DNA from: Cytophagales bacterium
GTDB lineage: Bacteria > Bacteroidota > Bacteroidia > Cytophagales > Thermoflexibacteraceae
NCBI GenBank assembly: GCA_038209965.1
Contig: JBBQXF010000003.1
Span: 1 to 25,419 of the forward strand
Length of the DNA stretch: 25,419 bases
Reading direction: 5' to 3'
The position numbers were made by a program, and so were the translations under genes. The notes under the pieces were generated by a model, which saw only the letters and a program-made list of their open reading frames with translations, was not told where the DNA came from and made no database searches. Positions 8,832 to 17,826 of this stretch are shown here, piece after piece (within the stretch, counting starts at the first letter, position 1; each line of letters starts with the position of its first letter).

Positions 8832-9956
8832 AATAAGGGGAACCTTTATGGGGCATTATAGCGATGAACTACATTGATTGCAGGGTTGGAAGAGTGCTTC
8901 CAAGCAATGATTTCCGACCGAATGGAAAAAGGGAAGCTGGGCGAGTATGTTACGCAAAAAATACAAAAGGGCATTCTCCTTGTAAACCTATTTTTGAGTA
9001 CACAGAGACCAGTAGTTTGATATGTTTTAAGAGAACCAATACTGAAAAAATGAAAATTGACGGATTAGTCGTTCAGCTTAAACAATTCCTGAGTGTTACA
9101 AATTGAAAAACGCTAAGAAGCTAAAGGTGATCACAGAAGGGATGGAAGAATATCCGTGATAATAATTATTAAAACAATTTGACTTTTGAAGCATTTTTAC
9201 AATGACCAAGTGCGCCAACATAAAAATAAATCATATTGCTATCTGACTATTCATGAGTATGGTTGCTTTATTATCTATGCCCACCTTCCTCCTTTTTTTG
9301 TGCATAACAATAGAGGATACTTTTGAATCTATATCAGCTCAACCCCGCTTCATGCAACAAATCGAGCTAGAAGAGGGGGATTTGAACGACACCCCTGGCG
9401 TGTTTAAGCCCGCCAACTCCGGCCCGCCGATAACCCTGTGCCAGCGGATGCGCCCTAAAATCGTGGCCTTCTCATTTTCGTCCAAAAACGCACTCCATAC
9501 CAGCCACCAAGCATGTTTGGCCAGATAGTGAGTTTACAAACATTGCCGACACCACTATTCATTATCTGGGTTGTTTTGAGCAAGGGATCGTGGGTGGCAA
9601 TGAATTGAAGGTAGCAGTCTGACATAACTCTGCTGCTACAAAACCGCAAAATGTGGGAATCATGTGATTTATTTCCTTAAACATATAACTCATTTAGCAG
9701 ATCTTAGACTGACCTTTGCAGACTTGAAAACAAGTTGTTAGTATCTACAATAGACAAAAAAGACAGATAACAAGAACTATTGCTGACATAAATGCCAAAA
9801 TGCTTGGCGCAGAAGTTATTGCCACTGACTTTGTAAAAACCCTGAAATCACGGACAAACATAGGGAACGATGCCTTTTGAATACCTTTTTAATGAATAAT
9901 TAATTTTAGCTATTCACCCATTTTGTAGGCGATCAACCATTTGATCAATTAAAACC

Positions 9957-10169
9957 ATGAGGACTGTGAACGAATGGAACGAAAAAATCATGGCTATTAC
10001 CATGAAAATACAAAAGCAAAGCCCCGAGCTGATGAAGTTTTTGGGAGAAATGCCTGTCACAATTCCTGACGAGAAAAAGCCAGAAATTAGTGTAGCGGCT
10101 CTGAAAGGTTACTACGAATCGCTGAAAGACTTACTAAAGAAATACCAGTTGGAACAATCAACACGCTAA
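9957..10169 (+). CDS. Small hypothetical protein (70 aa), hydrophilic, immediately upstream of the ABC exporter genes
   Basis: ORF MRTVNEWNEKIMAITMKIQKQSPELMKFLGEMPV... ends 16 bp before the ABC ATPase start. I recognise no family and no double-glycine leader. It is retained mainly because of position and orientation. Confidence 0.35.
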   Translation: MRTVNEWNEKIMAITMKIQKQSPELMKFLGEMPVTIPDEKKPEISVAALKGYYESLKDLLKKYQLEQSTR

Positions 10170-10185
10170 AATTTATTATAAGAAC

Positions 10186-10896
10186 ATGGCCAACAAAATT
10201 GTAGCGCAAGTAATAGAAGCCGGGAAAACCTATAAAACCGGGGATACAGAGATTACTGCGTTACAGGCGTCGTCAATGGACATAAAATCGGGCGAATTGA
10301 CCCTCATTATTGGCCCATCAGGTTCGGGAAAAACGACACTTTTATCGCTCTTGGGCTGCGTCATTTATCCTTCTTTTGGTGAAGTGCTGATTGACGACGT
10401 TAAAGTAACCGGTTTGAGCGAAAAGGAATTGTCGATAATTCGATTGGGTAAAATCGGCTTTGTTTTTCAAACTTTCAACCTGATCGCCCCCCTGAACGCC
10501 CTTGAGAACGTAATGATGCCGATGCAATTGCAAAAAGTACCGCAAGGTGACGCCACCAAAAGAGCGGTCGAAGCATTGAAAAAAGTGGGAATGGGTGAAA
10601 AAACAAAAAGTTTGCCCAAACAACTTAGCGGCGGCGAACAGCAACGGGTAGCCATTGCCAGGGCGTTGGTTTCAAACCCGCAAATGATACTTTGTGACGA
10701 ACCCACGGCTTCGCTAGATGTGAAAAGTGTAGAAGTGGTAATGGAGGAATTAAGAAAATTGGCTTCACAAGGCAAAGCGGTGGTGGTGGTTACCCATGAT
10801 ACCCGGTTAACCCCATTTGCCAACAAAATCGTGTACGTAAACGATGGAATGGTTTCAGGCAAACCCTTTAAAGAAGAAGAATTTAAAGTAAAATAA
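10186..10896 (+). CDS. ABC transporter ATP-binding protein (MacB/LolD/DevA type, no fused TMD)
   Basis: Walker A GPSGSGKTTLL, ABC signature LSGGEQQRVAIARAL, Walker B ILCDEPTASLD, H-loop VVVTHD. 236 aa. Confidence 0.9.
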   Translation: MANKIVAQVIEAGKTYKTGDTEITALQASSMDIKSGELTLIIGPSGSGKTTLLSLLGCVIYPSFGEVLIDDVKVTGLSEKELSIIRLGKIGFVFQTFNLIAPLNALENVMMPMQLQKVPQGDATKRAVEALKKVGMGEKTKSLPKQLSGGEQQRVAIARALVSNPQMILCDEPTASLDVKSVEVVMEELRKLASQGKAVVVVTHDTRLTPFANKIVYVNDGMVSGKPFKEEEFKVK

Positions 10897-10897
10897 C

Positions 10898-11842
10898 ATG
10901 AAAGCAATTCACTATTTTATCATTTTTGGTTCGTTAATAATTAGTTGCGGAACCAAAAAGACCAAAGACAAAGCAGATAATACAATAAGAATTGCCAACG
11001 TAACACATGTCGTTGGTATTGGGAAGATAGAACCCGAAAGCGACATAATACAATTATCAGCCGAGGTGACAGGAATTATTGAAAAAATATATTTAAAAGA
11101 AAATGACACTGTTAAAAAAGGTGAAACTATTTTGGCATTGAAACATGGCATAGAAGCCGCTAATATTGCTGAAATAAAAAGTCAGCTCGCGACACAATCA
11201 GCACAAATAATCGCCAATGAAAGCAGCATAGAACTGGCTAAGATTAAATACGAAAATGCGAATAGCGAACTACTAAAATTGAGAAAATTGTTTGCAGATG
11301 GGGCTGGAACTCAGCAAGAAGTGGACGATGCCGAAACTGCAACAAAAACGTATTCGGCTGATATTGTGCAGCAAAAAGCATTGGTTGAAGTATCAAGAAG
11401 GAAATTGGCGGAAATAGAAAAGCAAATAATAGTATCAAACGAAAGCTTAAAACAACGGTTCATATCGTCACCTATCGACGGAGTTATTCTTGAACTTAGC
11501 GTTTTGATTGGTGGCGTAGTCAATAGCCAAACACCTTTCGCCCAATTGGCTTCAAATGGAAAAACCATTGCAGTTTGTGAAATAGACGAAATGTTCGCTC
11601 CCAAAATTAAGATAGATCAACGTGCAATCATTCGCAATGCCGGCAATTCAGATACGCTTTCCGTCGGTACCGTTTATTTTGTTTCAACTTTCCTCAAGAA
11701 GAAATCATTGTTTACCGATCAAGCTGGCGAAAAAGAAGACCGAAGGGTGAGAGAAATTAAAATAAGATTGAATAATCCCCCACAATTATTGCTAAATACA
11801 CGGGTTGAATGTATCGTATCGCTTACAGAAAACACTAAATAA
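10898..11842 (+). CDS. HlyD/DevB-family periplasmic adaptor (membrane fusion protein), lipoprotein
   Basis: Lipoprotein signal MKAIHYFIIFGSLIISCG. There is a long coiled-coil segment (AEIKSQLATQSAQIIANESSIELAKIKYENANSELLKLRKLFADGAGTQQEVDDAE) and a C-terminal beta-barrel-like region. Its start is one base after the ATPase stop. Confidence 0.8.
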   Translation: MKAIHYFIIFGSLIISCGTKKTKDKADNTIRIANVTHVVGIGKIEPESDIIQLSAEVTGIIEKIYLKENDTVKKGETILALKHGIEAANIAEIKSQLATQSAQIIANESSIELAKIKYENANSELLKLRKLFADGAGTQQEVDDAETATKTYSADIVQQKALVEVSRRKLAEIEKQIIVSNESLKQRFISSPIDGVILELSVLIGGVVNSQTPFAQLASNGKTIAVCEIDEMFAPKIKIDQRAIIRNAGNSDTLSVGTVYFVSTFLKKKSLFTDQAGEKEDRRVREIKIRLNNPPQLLLNTRVECIVSLTENTK

Positions 11843-11843
11843 G

Positions 11844-12977
11844 ATGTTTGTACTCAAAACTGCCTTAAAATTCATCCGGTTTGACAAAGCAAAAAGTATT
11901 GGCGTAGTAGTTGGTATTATGATTAGCACTTTTTTGATTGGGCAACAGTTAGGTGTTTTTATATTTTTGACAAATGCCATGCGGGCTTTAGTAAGCAATG
12001 TAAAGGCCGATATTTGGGTGGTGGACAACAAAACTAAAGACGTAAACCAATTGGGGAAATTAGACATCAGGGTTTTGCGAGAAGTACAGAGTTTGCCGGG
12101 CATAAAAGCCGCTTTCCCGATTTTGATAAGCGGTGGAGCAACCAATTTTGAAAACGGAACAAGCGGCAGCCTAACACTGATAGGGGTAGACATAGCCCAC
12201 CTCGACATTGTGCTGGATAGTTCCAAAATTATTGCCGGCAAACCCTTTGATTTACAAGCTGATGGTGCAGTAAGTGGTGAACTTTATGACCTAAAAAACT
12301 TGGGCGAAAACATCGATATCGGTACGACTTTTGAAATCAATGGCAAGCGAGCTTTTTTCGCCTTACAAACTAAAGGGTTTCGGGGCTTTGGAAACAGTTT
12401 TTGTGTAACGACCATCGAAAAAGCACGATTTTACGCCAACCAATCGGCCAATAGAATCAGTGCTGTTTTGGTAAAAATCCAACCCGACCAAAATGCGGAT
12501 AGTTTAGTGATAATGATAAACCAGTCAATAAGCGGTATAACCGCTTGGAAATCTAAAGATTTAGCTTATTCAACACTTCTGAAAATACTATCAAGTAGCG
12601 GCATTGCTCTAAGTACGGGCACGCTCATAACTTTTGCCTTGATTGCAGGATTTTTTATTATTGGTCTAACGATGTATTCCTCCGCCCTTGACCGTCTCAA
12701 AGACTATGGAACACTCAAAGCTATCGGGGCAAGCAACGGTTTTATCAGCAAACTGATACTGACCCAGGCAATAATTTTTGCTGTTGTGGGTTTTATCATT
12801 GCTTATTTTCTATTAGAGGGTTTCCGAGCAGGGGTGGCATCTTCAGGCCTGATCTTTAGCTTCTCACCTTTAATATTGGCAAGTATTTTTTCTATTATAA
12901 CGCTTATCTCAGTCGGTGGGGCATCATTTGCGCTCAATAGAATCAGCGGTATTGAACCTGCCTCAGTTTTTAGATAA
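11844..12977 (+). CDS. FtsX-family ABC permease (DevC/MacB-type, single FtsX unit with periplasmic domain)
   Basis: The start was chosen at MFVLKTALKFIRFDK, one base after the adaptor stop. The typical FtsX N-terminus, periplasmic domain and 3 C-terminal TMs (GLTMYSSALDRLKDYGTLKAIGAS...) are present. Confidence 0.8.
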   Translation: MFVLKTALKFIRFDKAKSIGVVVGIMISTFLIGQQLGVFIFLTNAMRALVSNVKADIWVVDNKTKDVNQLGKLDIRVLREVQSLPGIKAAFPILISGGATNFENGTSGSLTLIGVDIAHLDIVLDSSKIIAGKPFDLQADGAVSGELYDLKNLGENIDIGTTFEINGKRAFFALQTKGFRGFGNSFCVTTIEKARFYANQSANRISAVLVKIQPDQNADSLVIMINQSISGITAWKSKDLAYSTLLKILSSSGIALSTGTLITFALIAGFFIIGLTMYSSALDRLKDYGTLKAIGASNGFISKLILTQAIIFAVVGFIIAYFLLEGFRAGVASSGLIFSFSPLILASIFSIITLISVGGASFALNRISGIEPASVFR

Positions 12978-12982
12978 TAATC

Positions 12983-14326
12983 ATGAAAAACACAGCATAT
13001 CAAACACTTATTTTAATTTTTGCCCTAACTTTTCAATGTTTGGGGCAACAAAAAATCACGTTATCGCAAGCCATTCAAACGGCGATGAGCAATAGACAAA
13101 ATATTCAAGCGGGGAAAATAAATATTGCTTTGCAGCAACTTCAAACAGAGGCACTATACAAGAAATACTATCCGCAAATATCCCTCGACTATACCTATCA
13201 GTATAATCCAATTTTACAAAGTTCAATCTTACCGGTCGGCAAATTTGATCCGTCCTTGCCTTCCGAGGCTACCGAGAGAGTTCAATTTGGTACGACTTGG
13301 TCGCAGGCAGTTGGGCTTACGATAACGCAGCCCCTAATAGATTTTAGCATAAAAAAATACATTGCCGAAAGTCGTTTGCAAGAAAAAATAGCTGGTGTAA
13401 CCCAAGCCCAAATCGAGTATGAATTGGCTTATGAGGTAGCCACCAGCTACATTAATATTGGGCTTAACCAACAGCAAATTAGTTCAACAGTCTTAGACTC
13501 TGCTCGTACGTGGGTGAGTTATCAACTTCAAAAAGCCAGATTTGATGCTGGCAAACTATTAAAATCTGACCTATACAAAGCACTTATAAACCATAATAAT
13601 GCAAAACAAAAAATCAAAGACGCTATCTCAAAAGTAATTGAAAATAAAGTTTATTTATTATTTTTAATGGGTAACAAAAATGCTAATATGGAAATTGATA
13701 CCATATTTTTCAAGCAAGATTTAACATTTAAAAATAGCTCAATGAGTAGTTTAGATTCTATTCCAGTTTTCCAACAACTCATTTTCCAACAGCAACTTAC
13801 GGCACTTAAAATTCAAACTGAAAACACTAAATACCTACCTACAATTAGTTTAAGGGGCTTTTTGGGGGCAAACCAATTTACCAATAATTTTAATCCTATC
13901 GAAGCTAATTCATGGTTCGCGTACAGTAATATTGGCTTGGTGGTTAAACTGCCTATTTTAAGTGGCGAAGATAGAAACAGCATACGACAACAATTAAAAA
14001 TGCAAGAAAACCAATTAGGTTTACAAGCAAAAGATAAACAAGACCAATTTACGCAAGAAGCCACCATTGCGAATTTGAAAATAAGTAATTTTCAAATTCA
14101 AATGAAAACCCTGAAAGAGAATTTATTCCTTTCACATCAATCTCTACTTATTGTTCAAGAAAGAGTGGAAGCAGGGCAACAGACCGCCTCTTATTTAAAC
14201 AACGAAGAATTAGAACTGCAACGCATCGCCTATGACTACATCAACATTCAAAAACAGACTTGGGTTTATTGGTTGGATTACCTCAAATCATCAGGTATGC
14301 TAAGTCTGCTTTGGCAGAAAAACTAA
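12983..14326 (+). CDS. TolC-family outer-membrane efflux protein
   Basis: Signal peptide, then ITLSQAIQTAMSNRQNIQA (the canonical TolC/OEP opening). The body is a repeated coiled-coil/beta-barrel pattern, 447 aa, starting 5 bp after the permease stop. Confidence 0.8.
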   Translation: MKNTAYQTLILIFALTFQCLGQQKITLSQAIQTAMSNRQNIQAGKINIALQQLQTEALYKKYYPQISLDYTYQYNPILQSSILPVGKFDPSLPSEATERVQFGTTWSQAVGLTITQPLIDFSIKKYIAESRLQEKIAGVTQAQIEYELAYEVATSYINIGLNQQQISSTVLDSARTWVSYQLQKARFDAGKLLKSDLYKALINHNNAKQKIKDAISKVIENKVYLLFLMGNKNANMEIDTIFFKQDLTFKNSSMSSLDSIPVFQQLIFQQQLTALKIQTENTKYLPTISLRGFLGANQFTNNFNPIEANSWFAYSNIGLVVKLPILSGEDRNSIRQQLKMQENQLGLQAKDKQDQFTQEATIANLKISNFQIQMKTLKENLFLSHQSLLIVQERVEAGQQTASYLNNEELELQRIAYDYINIQKQTWVYWLDYLKSSGMLSLLWQKN

Positions 14327-14339
14327 ACTTTTGGCGGAT

Positions 14340-15228
14340 GGAATGGGAGTGATTACAGAGAAAAAAGCCTTTCAACGACCGTTTAACAAAAGTGTTGAGT
14401 ATTTAAGCACCATTTAAAGTGTTTATCTGCTTATCGAAATCGACATGGTTTAACCCATAAAGTATTATCTAATCATAAAACCATAAAGCCATGCCAGCTA
14501 ATGTATATCCCATTAAACACGCGTGTTCGCTGCCGATTAGAAAAATCAATGAGATACTACAAACCAATATGTAAACTAGTTTGGGCGAAAGTGATATTGC
14601 CAACAGGATAAAAATGTAGGGCTTTAATCGATGTAAAGAATAACAGAAAAAAGTATTTTTCAATATTTTTTGACAATTCAAAAGCCCCATTATTATATCA
14701 TTAGTAGGTGCCACCGATTTGAATTTTTCTAAGAAATTACAAGCTCAGCGCTCATTGAAAGCATTTAAAAGCATGAATATGAGTCCTTCAAAATTTTGGC
14801 GCGATAATTACTTGTATGAAGGGCCGTCTAAAAAATTACCCTCAATGATGTTCTAGCGTTGGAGCTCAGTCATGTGGTACAACTTAATGGGCGATTATTG
14901 GAAATTGATCAATTTGAAATGAATGAATCATCGTTGACTGGTGAACCACTGCCAATTATTAAAGAATTAGAAGTTTTAGAAGAAAATGTTAATCTTACTG
15001 AGCAACTCAACATGGTTTTAAAGGCACGTCAGTGATGAAAAAGAATCTGCTAGTTCTTATTATGGGAACAGCCTTGCGCACTGAATTAGGTAAAATTACC
15101 ACTTTGGTAGAAATTGCGGAGAGAGTTGATACGCCACTCGAGAAAGGATTACAAAGTTTAGCTACGAAATTAATGTTGATTACAGCCAGTTTTGCTGCAA
15201 TTTTTATTATTAAAGGTCTGCTATAAGG
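14340..15228 (+). pseudogene. Remnant of a P-type cation-transporting ATPase (N-terminal third only; several frameshifts/stops, C-terminal ~600 codons deleted)
   Basis: Fragments appear in three frames: ...SLKAFKSMNMSPSKFWRDNYLYEGPSKKLPSMMF* (compare ALEALKKL..AKVLRDGK..EIPAKELVPGDIV); ...LEIDQFEMNESSLTGEPLPIIKE (the actuator-domain SALTGES motif); and MMKKNLLVLIMGTALRTELGKITTLVEIAERVDTPLEKGLQSLATKLMLI (compare GTGMNTEIGKIAKL...TPLQKKLD). No phosphorylation-site DKTGT region follows. Confidence 0.7.
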
Positions 15229-15269
15229 CAAGGAAATATGCCTTCTTGTTGAAACCGTTATTGCTATTA

Positions 15270-15310
15270 CCAAAGTCACAATCCTCGAGGCAACGTTGGT
15301 TCACGTTGGC
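15270..15310. other. 15-bp inverted repeat (ATCCTCGAGGCAACG ... CGTTGGCTCGAGGAT, 1 mismatch) with 8-nt loop, followed by T-rich tract; terminator-like hairpin at the truncation point of the ATPase remnant
   Basis: Read directly from the sequence. The inner CAACGTTG is itself palindromic. Confidence 0.4.
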
Positions 15311-15426
15311 TCGAGGATAGTCCGAGTATTTTTGATTCAATTATTTAAGCTAGTTTTAAGATTATTATTGATTACAAATCATAAAAGTAATCATCAAAAC
15401 CACTCATTCATAATAGACTTAGCATT

Positions 15427-15828
15427 ATGCAGTTATCCCAACAAATAGCTTTCCTTTTTCTACTTGCAATCCCTGTTGCCTGTATTGCGTGGACGGTCAC
15501 ACACGAGGAAATATTCAAAGAACCAAGAGATTTTTGTAATAAAAAATCCAAAGAAAGTGAAACCATTGTTCAGCGTAAGTTTTTCTATTTGTTTACTTGT
15601 GAATATTGTTTTAGCCATTATATTGCCCTGTTTTTTTTAATCATCACAAAATATCATTTACTTTATGACGATTGGCGCGGCTATTTGATTTCGGGTTTTG
15701 CCTTAGTTTGGGTCGCCAATGTATATATGAGTCTGTTCGGATTTATTCGCATAGGAATGAAACGGGAAAAAATGGATATAGCAACGGAAGAATCAAAGTT
15801 AAAAATTGAGAAAGAAAACTGTAAATAG
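15427..15828 (+). CDS. Small hypothetical membrane protein (133 aa, 3-4 TM, CxxC pair)
   Basis: Hydrophobic segments FLFLLAIPVACIAW, YIALFFLIITKY, GFALVWVANVYMSLFGF, a CEYC motif and a Lys/Glu-rich tail. I recognise no family. Confidence 0.45.
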   Translation: MQLSQQIAFLFLLAIPVACIAWTVTHEEIFKEPRDFCNKKSKESETIVQRKFFYLFTCEYCFSHYIALFFLIITKYHLLYDDWRGYLISGFALVWVANVYMSLFGFIRIGMKREKMDIATEESKLKIEKENCK

Positions 15829-15829
15829 T

Positions 15830-16378
15830 ATGGCGCAAACGCAAAATAGGCAAAAGTCAAAAACAGTTGCCATCATTGTTGCGCACCCCGACGACGAAAC
15901 GCTGTGGGCTGGCGGTACAATCCTATTCCATCTAGGGCAACCGCACCAAATTTTTTATTTGAAGGGCTGTTTTAAGTACAGGTTATTTTTGTGGGCTTTC
16001 TTTCTTTTTCTTCGCAGGCTCATTTTACCAGGGTCTTTTTTGAGCAAATATAAAGCCCATTTTCGGGTAAACTGGGTTCCCCTTTCATTTCTGCCTGATT
16101 TGAGAAAGGGAAACTCCTGTACTGCAAAACCGGTGGAGGGTATATCTCCTTTGATCTTTATTGGATTGACTTTTTGTATTTCAAGCGGGCATCAAGGTCA
16201 GATTTGCAAGACCATAAACAACAGCACAGGCTTAAAAACAGAGATAAATGTTGAGATAATTTTTCGTGACTACTGGGATTGGGGGTTGAAAATGATATAT
16301 CCCAATGCTGCGCAGCCTTTGGTTGACGACAAAACAACTTTGTCCCACTGCCAAAAGCTGTCATTCCACGTTAAATGA
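15830..16378 (+). pseudogene. PIG-L/LmbE-family N-acetylglucosaminyl deacetylase remnant (only the first ~55 codons are intact)
   Basis: KTVAIIVAHPDDETLWAGGTILFHLGQPHQIFYL is the PIG-L catalytic N-terminus (AHPDDE). The downstream translation is low-complexity noise in every frame, so the gene is disrupted. Confidence 0.55.
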
Positions 16379-16615
16379 TTGTTAAGTTTTTGCGGGGGGC
16401 AGGCACCCACGGCAGATCCCACGGCTGGCGGTAGTGATAGCGGTTATTGATAAATAGGGGTGCGCCCAGTTCCCTGAACTGGGCCAAACAGCGGTAAAAC
16501 ACTCCGCTCGGATTGGCCAACCAGTTTGGCTAATTGGGCGGCATTGCCCCGTCGGCCTTGGAGGATCAGGCCATGCACTACCGATAAACAGTAATAAGTC
16601 GCAAGTTGGACCATT
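16371..16615 (-). mobile_element. Frameshifted N-terminal remnant of an IS630-family-like transposase (HTH region only)
   Basis: The minus-strand translation reads MVQLATYYCLSVVHGLILQGRRGNAAQLAKLVGQSERSVLPLFGPVQ.., then, after a +1 shift, ..QFRELGAPLFINNRYHYRQPWDLPWVPAPRKNL*. The HTH, followed by an R-F-R-E-x-G box and a PxxRxxxP segment, resembles IS630 N-termini. Only about 80 of about 340 codons are present, and there is no DDE domain. Confidence 0.35.
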
Positions 16616-17175
16616 GGTCAAGAACAACAGATGGTTCATGGAAGTCAGACGTTAGATCATCGGTGCAGATTATAACAAATGTAAGGACTCTCTGGCAAAA
16701 AAACAACCCGGCAAAAGTTTTTTTGGTGAATGGTACGGAATTTTTAGCGTTACCCAATGAAATAATAGCCTCGTCGTTCGAGGTAAAGTTGATTTGACCG
16801 TCAATATTTAGCAAAACCGCTGGCGATCCGGGCAGTTTTGGTTTATCTGACCTCGATTGCCAACCCTATCGGCCTATCCTTTGTATTGATAATTAAGCTA
16901 TTTTGGGTAAGTTTAACCATCGGTTCAATTTTGCCAACCTGCTTGCCCCGTTGTTGGGTGATTGGGGAAGTCGGGAAGCTTGATAATAAGTTGTCTTGCA
17001 TTTAAATTATACTGGTGACAACCAATAGAGTTTTCGTTAGAGCAATTACAAACCAGAGCAATTTGTTGACACTGACTGATTTCAATATCAACGGGCGAAA
17101 AGAGTCCAATTCGATACCCAAAAAAGGAGTAAATTTTAATTTGGGATGTTATCATTCACTAATAGATAAACCCCC

Positions 17176-17808
17176 ATGCTCTTCTTTTTTCTTTGCATCT
17201 GCCTGATCAGTGCGATAGGTTCGTTGCAGCCTGGCTTGGTCAATTTGGCCGTCATCCAAACGGTATTGCAGCGGGGCACGTTCCCGGCCGTCTGCCTAGC
17301 CATTGGTGGTTGCCTGCCCGAGATGCTCTACGGTTGGCTCGCCGTTCAGGCCCACGGCGGGATGGGCGGCTGGGCCAGCCAAATTGTCCAGCATCCCGCC
17401 GCCCAATGGATAGCCTTGGGGGTATTGGCGGGTGCGGGGATATACTATTTGTGTCGGCCCGCCGTGGCTTGGGGAGTGGAACAGCGCCCGGCCCGGCCCT
17501 TGGCTGCTTTTGGCAAAGGACTGCTATTGGCTTTGTACAATGCCCAGTTGGTCGTTTTCTGGATATTGGTGTTGGCGTTTGTGCAGGTGCACTGGCCACC
17601 ACCAAACGTAATGACCAGATCAATGTTTCAAATCGCCTTTGCCTTGGGAAGTGGCTTGGGCGCCCTTTTTTTCTTGCTTTCGTTGGTTGCTTTGGTTAAT
17701 CGGTACAATGAAAAGATTAAAACGGCATTTGGCCACCGGGCCAATCAATGGACCGGAATTGTGCTGCTCCTAATTGCCGCTTGGGGAATTTTACAGGCGG
17801 TCATTTGA
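17176..17808 (+). CDS. LysE/RhtB-family amino-acid exporter
   Basis: 210 aa with 6 TM. The N-terminal SLQPGLVNLAVIQTVLQRG matches the LysE PGP(N) motif region. GC is about 62%. Confidence 0.7.
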   Translation: MLFFFLCICLISAIGSLQPGLVNLAVIQTVLQRGTFPAVCLAIGGCLPEMLYGWLAVQAHGGMGGWASQIVQHPAAQWIALGVLAGAGIYYLCRPAVAWGVEQRPARPLAAFGKGLLLALYNAQLVVFWILVLAFVQVHWPPPNVMTRSMFQIAFALGSGLGALFFLLSLVALVNRYNEKIKTAFGHRANQWTGIVLLLIAAWGILQAVI

Positions 17809-17826
17809 ACACCAAAACCCTTACAG

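Noticed and set aside
9365-9460. Possible tRNA or tmRNA (GTTCAAATCC T-loop-like sequence on the minus strand)
   Set aside because: I could not build a 5-bp T-stem, an acceptor stem or an anticodon arm. No tmRNA tag-peptide reading frame (…YALAA*) is present. It is kept only as an open question in the findings.
10342-11151. Minus-strand ORFs antisense to the ABC ATPase and adaptor genes
   Set aside because: The sense-strand genes carry Walker A/B and lipoprotein signals. The antisense frames are low complexity.
11792-12241. 149-aa minus-strand ORF antisense to the FtsX permease
   Set aside because: No motifs. The sense gene is clearly FtsX-family.
14469-14714. 81-aa minus-strand hydrophobic ORF
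   Set aside because: It lies inside the region that, on the plus strand, still shows P-type ATPase N-terminal similarity. It is probably a chance ORF in AT-rich DNA.
16578-17206. Small ORFs (78, 63, 76, 63 aa) between the transposase stub and lysE
   Set aside because: No recognisable motifs and no coding periodicity. They are likely non-coding junction DNA.
17193-17699. Overlapping 168-aa (+) and 123-aa (-) ORFs inside the LysE gene
   Set aside because: They are Arg/Pro/Gly-rich shadow ORFs typical of ~60% GC coding DNA. The LysE frame is the one with TM periodicity and family motifs.
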